A stretch of 62,766 nucleotides of DNA, the filler included, from Bonamia ostreae (taxonomy: Eukaryota): NCBI GenBank assembly GCA_040357525.1. It is 24 parts of 24 records of this genome, joined end to end, with 100 filler letters (N's around TTAATTAATTAA, not from the genome) between each part and the next. Parts side by side here need not be neighbours in the genome. Positions count along the whole stretch, not along the records: positions 36,797 to 39,311 come from JBDODL010000799.1; positions 39,412 to 41,924 come from JBDODL010000800.1; positions 42,025 to 44,531 come from JBDODL010000802.1; positions 44,632 to 47,138 come from JBDODL010000803.1; positions 47,239 to 49,745 come from JBDODL010000804.1; 19 more parts are not named here. The stretch is one strand, 5' to 3'. A program made the translations under genes and the position numbers. Numbering within the stretch: the stretch's first letter is position 1; each line of letters opens with the position of its first letter. Below the pieces are notes generated by a model. It ran no database searches. It had not been told where the DNA came from and saw only the letters and a list, made by a program, of their open reading frames with translations. Below, piece after piece: positions 36,797 through 49,845 of the stretch.

Positions 36797-39311
36797 AGCG
36801 TCACCTGGGTTATATTGACTGCGTTGCCATGCAGGTTTGTAGAAGGCAATGTTGTCTGTGTAAAATTAAAGCAAATGTTAATTATCAGATTTAAAATCAT
36901 ACATTTATTCTGAAGCAATACTATTTCCTCAAAGACACGGTACATTAAAGGACAGTTACAGAGAACACGCTTATGAGAAATCCACGCTGATAGCGAACTG
37001 ATCTATTTCCTGTAGCATTAAAATATATTATTAACGTATCGAATATAATGACGTACTTGTATGGATAATTTTTGTCCCTAAAACTTCGCTATCAGCATGT
37101 GCTATTATACTCTTAATTTTTGCAAATTTTGACATTCTTTGGTACCTTGTAAATGATAACAATAATCAAGGATGAGATGGAAATATTGATAATTTTGTTG
37201 AAGTAAAACTACTATTTTCGGTTTCCGTAAGGAATGCAAACACTAAAACACATACCTGTAATTGCATGGACATACTGTATTTGCACATCAATTAAGATAA
37301 ATTCACTGACCTAAACAAGAAGTACAGATACAGTTGGAGATGGATTAGTAAAGTTTAATTGCTGAGAGCTATATACTCTCACTGATTACAGCAGTGCACA
37401 CTAACAGTTAAAAAACCTAATCGATGTACATATATTTCTAACGAAATAAATAGTTGGGTAGAAATCCTTTCAACAAAATCTCAATTGGAAACGCTATTAG
37501 TTTTAAGGGAAGAAGAATTGAATATTTTCTTTAATGTTATTGCATTCAAATTTAATAGTGCATAGTAACCAACATTAATGAAGTATAATACTGAAATGTA
37601 AGATGTTTTTCTACTAAATTGTACTTATGTTCCTTTATAGTAAGACATATATTTTTTCGCAAATGTGCTAATTAGAGTTTTTAACATACACAAAATGGGC
37701 ATAACAAGGTATCCGCGATACTGTTTATTGTAATATCACATCAGTGAAGTGAAATTATGGTCGTGGCATAAACGTTCTTATTCAGCAGGAAATATGTAGG
37801 ACTAGCTTGACTTTATCGTCTCTATTTCTAGCAGACTTAATATCGCTTGCTTCACTCACACACGCTTGTACCACAACGTATGATCTCCCATTAAGATATT
37901 ACATGTATTAGGTCCATGCTTCGGAAATTAAGTGTGTATCATGTTGTTCGCATTGCTTTCCCCTCCCCTGTTACAAAGTGTGTGAACATATCCCATTTCG
38001 TGCCTTTTAAGATTACTTTACTGTACCTTGTAAACTGATATAGCCTTTGACAACTTAAATTCGCCAGGCATACATTCTAATTGTGCTAACAGCATAGCGA
38101 TATAGTTTGGTAAAATATTCTACCCAGTGGATTAATTTTCCCCCACAATGAGAAGAAATGAAAGTAAAACAGCAGACCAGAAGAATGTTGCAATCGTGGA
38201 TTTTCGCTGTAACATATTCTTTATGCGAGCATGTGTAAAATTTCAGAATGTTCACAGTGCTTTGCAGAATAGATCCTCCAGCTTTCAAATTCTACATATA
38301 GTAAAGAAAGGATCTACAAGACAGCACTACTAATTCTCTTCACGTACCAAAAATAATGCTTTATAGGGGCATCCGCTATTCATGGAATGTTTTACCACAT
38401 TTTCTTAAACATCTCTGCATCCATAAGTAGATTGAGTCCAATTACGAAAGAAACTATTTGAATACATTTTATGAGCAACATCACCCACTCTTTCTTATTT
38501 TGATTTATTTTCAGTTTCAGTTCGATACTTTTGTTTGATTTTATTTACTTCTCGGAGGGTGGATATGAAAAATGGCGATGTGGAATATTTATTACTCAAC
38601 AGTTTATGGATCACTAGTATCCATTGTTGTGCTAATAAATCTGTACAAGATTGAAAATGTAAGCAACTTCAATAAAAAAGCATTGTGTATTAGAATATAT
38701 ATTACTATCTTGTGCATAGATGTACATATTCATGTTCTTTCACGTATACTATAACGAAACCAATGAGAAGTATAATTGTCTGGTATTTCTCGAAATATGA
38801 ATGGTTGATTTTCTGATATTTTACGCAATCATTAAATATAACATATTTCTATGATACAAATGGGAAATGTGAAAGCTCTAACTTTAACCGTTTAAAGGTT
38901 GTGGACACAACACGCAGACAGGCCGAGAGACAGACCATATACTTTATGCTCCTAAATTTTTATTACAGAGGCATAAAAATGATGTGTGTCACTAATACGA
39001 CATGGTTTTTACGTGCATATATTATACAAAATGATACAGGGAATTACTGAAAACCTTATTTATTCGCAGATAAATTTTTCGAATTCTGAACAGATTTTTG
39101 AAACGATGTAAATGTCAATTTTGTCACGTAAAATTTAGATACCAACTGAATGTCTTCCGATTTCAAAAAAATCTACATTGCATGCGAAAACATAATACAT
39201 TGTCAATAAAAAGTCTGTATTTAAGCTTTATATAGCAATGTGCATTTAGTAATCTGTGCACGTGCTTATGATATAACTGATTAGAAATATATCTCATTAA
39301 AAAACGTAAGA
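36797..39311. other. Probable host/metazoan non-coding contig
   Basis: No credible gene in 2.5 kb, CpG-poor, lacks the long A/T runs of protist contigs; 38915-38980 (GACAGAC...TATGCTCC...GAGGCATAAAAA) resembles hairpin ends of invertebrate interspersed repeats. Confidence 0.6.
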
Positions 39312-39523
39312 NNNNNNNNNNNNNNNNNNNNNNNNNNNNNNNNNNNNNNNNNNNNTTAATTAATTAANNNNNNNNNNNNNNNNNNNNNNNNNNNNNNNNN
39401 NNNNNNNNNNNTTTTGTTGATCAAAAACAGACAATATTTTATTGATCAAAACAGACAATATTTTACGGTGTCGGACAAATTTCCTTCAAAAACTATTTTT
39501 CTAAAAAATATTTTACTAAAAAA

Positions 39524-40904
39524 GCTCGGTCGACAAAGCCAAATCGCCTTCCGGCAAAATAGTCGCACTAAAGAGACTGCTCCTTGAAAAAGAAAGCAGT
39601 TTCACGGGCGTTTTTTAAACATTAAACAGTTCCCCGTCACCGCGTTGCGGGAAATCAAGATTCTGTCCTGTCTCGATCACCGCAACATCGTGAAGCTTTT
39701 AGACGTGGTCACTTGTCGCGACGAAGGTTTTGACAATAACGAAAGAAAATTCTGTCAACGAGGTGTTCCTAGTTTTGGAATATGCGGACCACGACTTGGC
39801 GGGGTTGATGGCGAACCCTGAAATCAAATTCGAAGAAAAAAATATAAAATTTTACATGAAAAACCTTTTCGAAGCGTTGTACTATTTGCAAGAAAAGTGC
39901 AAAGTGCTCCATCGCGACATCAAAAGCTCCAATATATTGGTCGGCAACGACGATTCGGTAAAGTTGGGCGATTTCGGGTTGGCTCGTCTTTTGCGTTGTG
40001 ACGGCCGCAAGCACTATACGAAGACGGTCGTCACTCTGTGGTACCGCGCGCCAGAACTACTTTTCGGGGAAAGTTGTTATGACGGCGCAGTCGATATATG
40101 GTCAGCCGGTTGCGTTTTGGCGGAAATGTACCTCAGGAAGCCCCTTTTCCCCGGTAACACAGAAGCTGAGCAAATCGACCGCATTTGCAGTGTTGTGGGG
40201 ACTCCATCCAAAGATAGCTATCCAGAAGGACTAAATTTTGACGTTCGTTGCAGCAAAAAGTATCCTCGAGATTTTTCGCGGATGAAAATGTTTTTGTTGC
40301 AACTCTAACCAATTTCCATTTTCTAAAAAGCTTTAGTTATAATCGGGTTTTAGAATTGCGATATTTTAAAATGGTGTTGTTAAATGTTAGTTTTTAGATA
40401 TAAGTTAAATGCTGATCCAAAATAAATGTTTTTGCGTAAATCGATTTTGCAATAATTCCAAATGTCTTACACAAAAGAGTTAAAGACAAATCCCCGTTGG
40501 CCTTTGATTTGTTGACAAAAATTCTTGTTCTCGACCCCAAAAAACGGCTTACAGCCGAAAAAATATTGGACCACGATTACTTTCACATTGGCGACAAAGC
40601 TGAGCCACTTGATTTGTTTTTTTCGTTTAGTTTAAGGCGACACATATTGCCAAGTCACGAATTCGAATCTCAAAAGAGAAGAAGAGAGCGCAGAGAAAAA
40701 ACAAGGAACAAGAAAGAAAAGTCGAAAAACATTGAACCCAAAGAAGATTTGTTCGACGGCGAAGAACTTAAAAAGCTCAAAGAAGAAAGGTTGGAAAGGG
40801 AAAATGTGCAAATCGAATCGGATAGTTTATCCGAATTTAGCTCGAATGATGAGAATGTTCATTCTGGCAGTGAACCGGGAGAAATAGTTGTTCAAAGTGA
40901 TTAA
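39524..40904 (+). CDS. Cyclin-dependent kinase, CDK9/CDK12 (CTD kinase)-like, 5'-truncated
   Basis: VALKR, FPVTALREIKIL, EYADHDLAGL, LHRDIKSSNIL, GDFGLAR, VVTLWYRAPELL, DIWSAGC. Confidence 0.9.
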
Positions 40905-42065
40905 ATTTTTCAAAATTTTTACGATTTTGATAAAATCCGAAAATGATTAATCTTCGAAATAACTAGTAATACAAAATGGAAAGATTTAATCAAATTATTT
41001 GTATTAATGTTGACCATTTGGCAGGAACAGTCATTTAACTGGTAATTATTTACAAAATTTAAAAAATATTTTGTGTTTAGATTTGTAAATCTCGTAGTCG
41101 CTTCATTAAAACTAGAAATTGCTTTTTAAGGAATAATTTTTTAAAACTTTTACGACAATATTAAGTTTTTCATGATTTACATTTAAGTTTTTCGAAATAT
41201 AATTTTTCAAAAATATTTCTTTTTTTATGCCATGTTTCTTGTGCAAAAACACAGTAAATCATTATTATTTACAAATTGTTTAAATTCATTGGTATTTTTA
41301 AAAGACTCCTTGAGTTCCAAGACATTGCGTTCAATGTGAAGAAAGTATCTTGGACAAGTCATAGTTTTGAAATGAGTTTTTGATAGTTTTAATTGCTATC
41401 TGTTTAACTCTATTCGAAATTAGAGTCATTATTTTCTCGGTAATCCTCTTTTCCAAAGACTCTAAATCGAGGTTTGGATAAGCATTAAATTTTTCAATTT
41501 TGCGTTTTACATTATGTTTAAACTTTTCGTCTTCATTTTCAATGACTCTGCGCGGATAAATTGCTGACTTGGCAAGTATCTCATCATCATCGCAGGAGGA
41601 CTTATTTACAGAGACATTTTTATTTTAACGATTTTTAGTTTTAAATTTTCTTGTCTTTCGCCAAAGTTTCTTTGTCAAAATTTTCAAATTTATTAACATC
41701 TCGTACTTAAAAGCCCATTATTTTTTTGTAAAATTAAATTGAATAAAAGAATTAACATTTTAATACATTTAATGTTAATTTTTCAGTGCAGTTTTTAGAT
41801 TCGTGCTGTTTAGAGCAAAATATACACTTTATGCCATTGAAACAAATTTTGGACGTGTGCCCAAATTTTTTACATTTGTAACATTGTACTATATTTTGGT
41901 TGACAAAACGGGAAATTTTAAAACNNNNNNNNNNNNNNNNNNNNNNNNNNNNNNNNNNNNNNNNNNNNTTAATTAATTAANNNNNNNNNNNNNNNNNNNN
42001 NNNNNNNNNNNNNNNNNNNNNNNNTTAAAATTTGCTAAAATTTTACAATGAAATTTTGGTATTAC

Positions 42066-44480
42066 CATTCGATCGCTAAATCCTCTCCTCTGAACTTTCT
42101 GCATGAAGACTTTCGTCACGCCCCTGACCCCGCGCAAGGCCATCCTGGCGAGCAAGTTCGTGCTCACCTTGCGCAGAAACGCGTCGTCCTGCGATCCCAA
42201 CCGCTGCAACATCTCTTCCTGCTCCTCGCTTCCCCGTCCGACCACGCGCACGCGCAAAACCGGCGTCTCCGCGTTGTCGCTATTGAAGACGCAGTTCAGA
42301 TCGCCTTCGAACTCCGCGTTGATGCGGTCGGCGATCTCCTGGTTCGATATCCCCTTCGTCTGTTTCTTCTTTTTGTCCAACGTCACGCGGAGCACCCAGT
42401 CGCTCAGCTCCTCCGGGTCCGCTGCCTCGTCGTCCCCGAACACCGGCAAATCGCTGTACGCTTGCAGGAACTCCGCGTCCTCTTCGACGATCGTGGGCGC
42501 GCCGACCGGGTCGTAGTAGACCTCCGCGCTAGCCGTGATGTCTCTGAGCGTGGCGTGCTCCAGTTTGTTCAACAGTTCGGTCGCTCTGGCCGCGTCATGC
42601 GACAGCTCCGGCCGCAGGTGCACGGTCATCCCCGGCGTGCGGATTTGCTTCGATACGTTGATCAGTTCGCGCAGCCGCGGGACACCGAGCGTGACGTTCT
42701 TCGCGGACACGCCGGCGTAGTGGAAGGTGTTCAGAGTCATCTGAGTCGCCGGCTCGCCGATCGACTGCGCCGCGAGAGTGCCGATCATCTCGCCGGGCTC
42801 CGCGAGACTGGCTCTGAAGCGGCCCAGGATCTCGTCGGCCAGCCAGGAAAACGCCTGCGTGGTCAATCTGCGGCGCGCCACGAGCAGCTTGGAGCCGAGG
42901 GAGGAGCGCAGCTGCATGCGGAAAAGGATGGTGGCGTTCTCGCGGGCTTCGGCTCGGAGGCGGCCGGGGCCGCGTACAGCGACGCATTGCTCGCAGAGCT
43001 GCTGCACGCGGCGGATGACTTCTCGCGGGTCGAGATCGCTGCGCGTGCGGGGCGAAATCGAGAAGATTTTCTGAGAGTTTGAAACGAGTCTTTCGACGTT
43101 GACCGGAAGGTACACGCTTCGCGAGTAATCATTCTTTTTATTGTTAAATTGGCAATTTTAATGCAATTTTTATAATTTTGATTTTTTTTAAATTTTACTG
43201 AAACGTTTTTAATATTTTTTTGACGTTTTATAACATTTTTTTCGATTTTTAACAAACGTTTTTATTATTTTTTGACGTTTTATATCATTTTTTTCGATTT
43301 TTAACAAACGTTTTTATTGTTTTTTGACGTTTTTATGACATTTTTTTAAATTTTAACAAACGTTTTTAATATTTTTTTGACGTTTTATATCATTTTTTCA
43401 ATTTTTAACAAACGTTTTTAATATTTTTTTTGACGTTTTATATCATTTTTTCGATTTTTAACAAACGTTTTTAATATTTTTTTTGACGTTTTATATCATT
43501 TTTTACATTAAAACACGATATCGAACTTTTAACATTTTATTCGCTGAGCTATAAAATCTGAATGAACATTTTAGTCGTAATATCAAATAAATTTTTGTAA
43601 ATATAAAGTTTAGCAATTGTGGTTACCAGAAAAGCAATGTTTTCGCGATAAAACAATCTGTCTTTCCGGAGTTGCGCTGCTTCGAATTCCAATAATTCGT
43701 CGTCTTCTGCGTTTTGGCTAATCGCTTCGAAGACTTCGCTTTGCACCGCGGCGCGCAGATCGCTCTTGTTCCAAACATACGTTTTCTCGAATTCTGTCTT
43801 GTTCATCCAGACACTTTCTATCACTTGTTGTTCCACATGTGCCCCATCAATGCCGTCTTCCCCATAAAGATACTTTCCATTTAAATTTTTTTAGATTTTC
43901 AAAATGGAATTTTAAAAATTTGCAATCCGAAAATTTGTAAACTTTTTAAACTAAAATTGCTATAAAACCTGTAAAATGTCGCCCAACGAATTTCTAACAG
44001 TTCCGTCATATTGAATCATCAAGTGCTCCATTGCCTTCACAAGTCTTCTTTGAATGTATCCGGTTTCGGCGGTTTTTACCGCTGTGTCCACCAACCCTTC
44101 TCTTCCCCCCATCGCATGGAAAAACATTTCTTGTGGGGTCAGTCCCTTTGAAAAATTTGATTTAAAATGGCCACTTTTCAAATTTAGTTTTTAGTTGTTC
44201 TACGAAATGACCTCTAGATAAGAATTTGCGACGAACCCTCGGCTTTCGGGGCCAAGATCGTCTTTTTTGAAATGTGGCAGCGTCCGATCTTTGAATCCGT
44301 ACGGAATCCGCTTTCCTTGAACGTTCTGCTGGCCAACGCAAGCGATGATCTGGCAGATATTGATAATGTTCCCTTTTGAACCCGCGTCTACCATTTGTTT
44401 GATATTGTTTTCCCGCAGCAAAGATTGCTGCACTGCTTTCCCGGCGTTTTCTGTCGCGGAATTTAATGCGTTGTTTACCT
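42066..44480 (-). CDS. RPB1: RNA polymerase II largest subunit, internal part
   Basis: [88 protein letters not shown]. Confidence 0.97.
43200..43505. repeat. Intronic minisatellite, ~52-nt unit, about 6 copies
   Basis: TTTTAACAAACGTTTTTAATATTTTTTTGACGTTTTATATCATTTTTTCGA repeated within RPB1 intron 43134-43626. Confidence 0.88.
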
Positions 44481-44721
44481 TTTAATGCGCACAATTTATG
44501 TTACATCGATTCAAAATTTTTGTTATTGCGTNNNNNNNNNNNNNNNNNNNNNNNNNNNNNNNNNNNNNNNNNNNNTTAATTAATTAANNNNNNNNNNNNN
44601 NNNNNNNNNNNNNNNNNNNNNNNNNNNNNNNTATTAACGAACAATATTTACAATAATATTCTTTCAAATTATTTTATTTGATGAGATTTATTTTTTAGTT
44701 AAATTTGGATAACAATAAAAG

Positions 44722-46036
44722 TTATTTATTGCTGCAACACCTTATTAATTCGTAATTTTTGTTGGACTCTGCTACAATTTTTTCATTTTGCTCTATTAAC
44801 AGAATATCTCCTTTATTCACAATAATTCGTTCATTGTTTTTGTCTATTGATTAATATCATTTTATAATCTTTTTGACAATCTGTAAATCAAACCATTTTT
44901 TAAGGCCAAGTCCTTTCCTTCCGAAACAAACAAAATTGATTCGTTTTCATGACAATTCAAACAATTTTCTCCCTTTTCAGAACCCATTTTCTCGACAAAA
45001 AATTCTTTTTCTTTATCATTAATAAAACCAATTCCCACATTTTCAGGTGAATTGTAGACTGTTGTAAAATCGTTTTGAATTTCAGGTTTTATCAGAAGCA
45101 CCTCCGTTCCAGACGAAAACTCGGCACAATCGACAAATCGATCCAAATCTTTGCGTTTCGGCGTCAACCCGCATCGGATCACGTTGTCTGAACAGGCCAT
45201 TGCTTCATAGCAGTCGCCTTGTACATAAGCGTGAGGAGTGCCATTTGGAATAAAAATGGCTTCTCCGGGATCCAAAGAGATTTTGTTTAGAAAGAAAGGG
45301 GCCAAAACGCCGATGTCGTTTGGATATTGTCTGTTCAGCAAAATTACCAGATCAGAAAAGTTTTGCTTCAAATTCGAACTGGACAGAATTTTCGCTAAAA
45401 TTTGCGGAAATTTTGGCGAGTCAAAACTGAAAACTTTTGCAAAGATTTGCTTCGTTGTCATTTCTTCTCTAATTTTCGAATCTCGCAAAAATAAATTTTA
45501 AAAAATTTTGTTGACGAAAAACATAAAATATCATCTCAAATTTTGTAAACAGAAGAAAACCTGTCAAATTTAAAATATCGACCAAAATTTCTGGGAACTT
45601 TGCCAAATCGTCTACAATATCTTCAAATGGTCTGAAACCGCAAAGAAGAACAAATTTCGTGATGGCTATGCACATTTCCGGTTTGTGATTGTCGTCTTTG
45701 TAAGTCTCCGGCTCTTCTTTATTGTACAAAACTGCTTTTTCCTTTGACGGGTGCACTTGAACAGACAAAGCCGTTTTCACAGATAAAATTTTGAACAGAA
45801 AGGGCAAATCGCGGCCGAGATAAAATTTCAGAGACAATTTCTCGTTCTTTCGATCGCAAAATTTAAAAATTGCAAACTTTTAAGATCGACATTCCGTTTT
45901 GGTGAGTTCCGAACCACCATTCCGCGTAATTTAAATTTGGATCTTCAGTTTTCTCTTTGCAAAATTGAGCAATAATGCTTTCGTTCCCGACTTTGCCCCA
46001 TTTGTAATTTTTAATTTCGCAATCCAAAAATTTCAT
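44722..46036 (-). CDS. MPI: Mannose-6-phosphate isomerase (type I)
   Basis: NYKWGKVG, YAEWWFGTH, LPFLFKILSV, LSVQVHP, YKDDNHKPEM, PHAYVQGD, EAMACSDNVIRCGLTPK. Confidence 0.95.
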
Positions 46037-46128
46037 TTTTGTGATAAAAATATCCTATTTGAAATCCTAAAACGCAAATAGAAATTTTGCGTTAAAATTT
46101 TGAAATATATAAAATCTAGCTCTAATTT

Positions 46129-47073
46129 ATGGCATTACAACCAAAATTCGGAGATTTTTCAAAGCTCACCGTTGGCATAATTGCGATGTTTTCTTTGTTT
46201 TTGTAAATTATTTTTCCGTTTTCGCCATTTGACGGCGAAAAGCGATTTGAATGCGATAAAAATTGTTAATGTTCAGCCATGGCGATTTCACAGAAAACAA
46301 AATCTGCGTCGAAAAACTGGGCGCGAAGACAAAATTAATAAGGTCCTCCTATGATTTTGACGAAAGCATTAACGCCATTATTATTCCCGGGGGCGAAAGT
46401 TCGACGATCTCGTTGCTTCTAAACAAAGATCGAATTGTTTAATATTTCTAATCGCCAAAAAATAGCTGCTGAACAAGTTGGTAAACTGGACCAAAAACGG
46501 TTACCCGACGTACGGCATTTGCGGCGGAATGATATTGCTATCGGAATTCACAAGATCGACAGAAGTGATTTTCCAATTTATTTAAATTTTTGAAAAAAGG
46601 AGAAAAAGGAAAAAGCGGGATTGTTGAGAGCGTTGCGGATGACAGTCGACAGAAACTTTTTTGAGAAAAATGGGTTTTGCTTCAAAAAAGAACTGGAAAT
46701 CCCGATCTTTGAAGATCCAAAATTCTGCGGAATTTTTATCAGAGGTCTCTCGCTAAAATTTTTATCAATCGCTTTTAAAATCGACCATTTTAATAAAGGC
46801 CCCGCGATAACGAAACCAGTCGACAAAGAAATCGAAGTTTTGTGCTCAATCGAAATCGAAAAACAAAAAGTCATTTTAGCTGTCAGAAAAGGCGCCGTTC
46901 TGGCAACTTCTTTTCATCCCGAACTTACCGGTTCATATTTGCCATTTTGACGCAATATTAAAACAAATTATTGTCATTTTTGGCGTTACATTAAAAATAT
47001 TTTGATCACGAAAGACGATCTGCGGTTTCACAAGATGTTCTTGGAAACGGCTCTGGATTTTAACAAGAAATAA
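46129..47073 (+). CDS. PDX2: PLP synthase glutaminase subunit (Pdx2/SNO)
   Basis: IIIPGGESSTI, YGICGGMILL, VDRNFF, FIR|GPAI, LATSFHPELT. Confidence 0.9.
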
Positions 47074-47339
47074 AATTGAAAAGATTTTTTTATTTTTCTA
47101 ATTTTGGTACAATTTATACTTTTGTTATGTTTTATTAANNNNNNNNNNNNNNNNNNNNNNNNNNNNNNNNNNNNNNNNNNNNTTAATTAATTAANNNNNN
47201 NNNNNNNNNNNNNNNNNNNNNNNNNNNNNNNNNNNNNNGCTTTGTCACTCGTTGTTTTCTTGGCGGCGGAACTAGAAAGCAGCGATAGCCATTAAATCAA
47301 GATTATACTTTGCATTTTTGTTTATTGTTGAGATGTATA

Positions 47340-47541
47340 AAATTTGGTTTGTTCTTTTTATTGCGAAATTTTGGTTTGTTCTTTTTTATTGCGAAATTTT
47401 GGTTTGTTCTTTTTTATTGCGAAAATTTGGTTTGTTCTTTTTTATTGCGGAATTTTGGTTTGTTCTTTTTTATTGCTGAAAATTTGGTTTGTTCTTTTTT
47501 ATTGCTGAAATTTTGGTTTGTTCTTTTTTATTGCGAAAATT
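47340..47541. repeat. Minisatellite, ~28-29-nt unit, about 7 copies
   Basis: AAATTTTGGTTTGTTCTTTTTTATTGC(G/TG) tandem units. Confidence 0.9.
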
Positions 47542-48180
47542 GGCTATAAAATTGAGTTGTTCGATAAAGATTTACGTTCATTCGAAAACGAATTGTTATT
47601 TTTTGCAGATTTGTAGTTTTTTTTGATAATCAAAACAGTTTATTAATCAGAAATGCTGAGCGCACAATTTATTAATGAAAACAGTTTTTTTTTGTGATTT
47701 TTGAAGATGCTGCGTTTTTTATTTTCCATTTGCAGTTAAAACGACATTGTAGACGGCATTGAATTAATTTAAAAAGTCAAACAGTTTACCGTTCGCACAA
47801 AAACTTGCGTCCAAAGGTTATGTACAAAATATTGTTTTAATACAATTTTAATTTCAATAACATAACTTATTGCTTCATGCTCAACAGCAATAATATAATT
47901 ATGCTCTTCAATAATTATCAGTAACTACTTTCTATGCTTTGAAAGTTTAAATAAAAATTATCAGTATCAAAACAAAATTAATTGCTGATCTCAAATCTTT
48001 TTAATTGATAATTTAAGAGATTTGATGACATTGGAGTAATAATGTTTTCTTAGTACGTGTTTGCTATTTAACATTATAAAATCCTCAAAATTTTGTGTGA
48101 GAATCAAAATTTCAAGAAAACAGTTTATTTTGTGTAAAAATAGCCGAATCAACGAAACTTAGTAAAACCGGCTGTTAAAT

Positions 48181-48495
48181 ATGAATATGGTCTTTCCCCT
48201 AATTTTCCTTATTTTACGATTTCAATACTGCAATATTTTGAACGGTTTGCGTTTTTACATAAAGATTACGAGAACTCGAACAAAAACATAGACGAATCGC
48301 ATTTACAAAGACGTGGACTGATATACTGTTTATTAATATTCACTTAAAGCGTCATCGCGCCATGAACTTAACAAACAAATGGAAAAGTATAACAAATCTA
48401 CGGACGAAGCAGAAAAGCGCTTGATAATTGACATGATTATTTTATTGATTCTCGAGAATGACAAAGCCGCAAAAATTCTGATTAACGTTGATTAA
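48181..48495 (+). CDS. Small putative secreted protein (90 aa, two micro-introns), absent from the ORF track
   Basis: Removing 48245-48264 and 48328-48349 (both GTTT...AAAG) gives an uninterrupted frame MNMVFPLIFLILRFQYC...KILINVD*. Confidence 0.65.
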
Positions 48496-48957
48496 ATCTG
48501 TTGACGCTAACCTTTATTGTCATTTAGCATTAAATTTCATGGAGTTCCATTTAAACCGAATAAATTTTGAAAATCGAATTAATTTTTAAAGATTTAATTT
48601 TTATGTTGATTTTGATCTTAATCGAATAAATCGATATTTATCCATTCAAATATCGCGTCGAAATCATTTAAAATCGATATTTGGATAAATTTCGTCTTTA
48701 ATTGATAAATGACGTTATTGGACCAAATAAGATTTTCGAAACGCGATAAACATTTCTATTCCAAAAAGGGATATCGAATTAAATCTCCTTTTGCATCTTT
48801 ATTATTAGTTAAAAATCTCTTTTTTGAATTTGTTTGAAACTGCGATGAAAAGACTATTAATAAAAGGAATTCCATATATTAAAAGCTTTAATTAATCCGT
48901 TGATATTTGTGGTTTATAAAAAGAGCTCATATATTTGCAATATTCAAAAATTATAAA

Positions 48958-49600
48958 ATGCTTTCAGCGACTTTCAACATGCTCTATCTAGTTACCTCCG
49001 CGATTTGCTTATATCTGTCAAATTTCCCGTTCGAACTAAAAGGAGCTAATTTGCTGCAATACTTCTCAAATCCGCTCAACGCTTTCATCTTCTTCAATTC
49101 TTTAGTCGCTTTAACCGTTTCCGTTTTCTTGGTCTCTCTTAAAGCCTCTTACGGAAGTCTCACTTCGGAAGAGACAAAGGTTTTGGATTAACTTTTTACT
49201 ATTAAAAGCCATAAAGCTTTTATTTCTTTTTCGGATTTTGATCAGATTTACTTTTTATTTACACAAAATTTTATAGAAAAGCTTTATGATCCTTTTTAAT
49301 AAAATAAATCTGAATTTTTTAATGGTGTACTTTATCGTTGGAATCTACGACACTTTGGAAATGTTCGCGTGGCTGGCAATTTTGTTCACGTCGAACATTT
49401 TCATTATTTTCAACTCAATCTTTCTCGGGAGACTTCGCACCGCAAATGTCTTCACGGACATCAGTCGACTGAGAAAAGCACTTCGTTTATCGGTCTTTGG
49501 GATTCTAACTCTTCTGAATCTCGTCGCTCTCTTCTTCGGGGTTTCTGTTCTGGTTTCCAATGTCGGAAAAGATATTTTTGTTCTGTTGTATTACGATGTT
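48958..49600 (+). CDS. HRD1/gp78-like ERAD E3 ligase, N-terminal TM region (partial)
   Basis: Multi-TM; LKASYGSLTSEET resembles the F-G-x-L-x-x-x-E motif; later WLAILF...FLGRL pattern; RING not in contig. Confidence 0.5.
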
Positions 49601-49845
49601 AAAATTTTTATTTTTTTTATAGAAAATTTGAAAAAATTAAATTTTATTAGAAAAAATTTAAGTTCAAAAAATAATAATTTTTATTTATTCGAAAAAATTT
49701 AAGTTTCAAAAAGTTTTATTTACAATAAATTTTATCGAATTTTCANNNNNNNNNNNNNNNNNNNNNNNNNNNNNNNNNNNNNNNNNNNNTTAATTAATTA
49801 ANNNNNNNNNNNNNNNNNNNNNNNNNNNNNNNNNNNNNNNNNNNN

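Noticed and set aside
41050-41720. Possible spliced minus-strand gene downstream of the CDK
   Set aside because: Looks coding-like but I could not build a consistent exon model or assign a family.
42048-43082. Long antisense ORFs over RPB1, myosin and 29078-29845
   Set aside because: Shadow frames expected from GC-rich codon usage on the opposite strand; no recognisable motifs.
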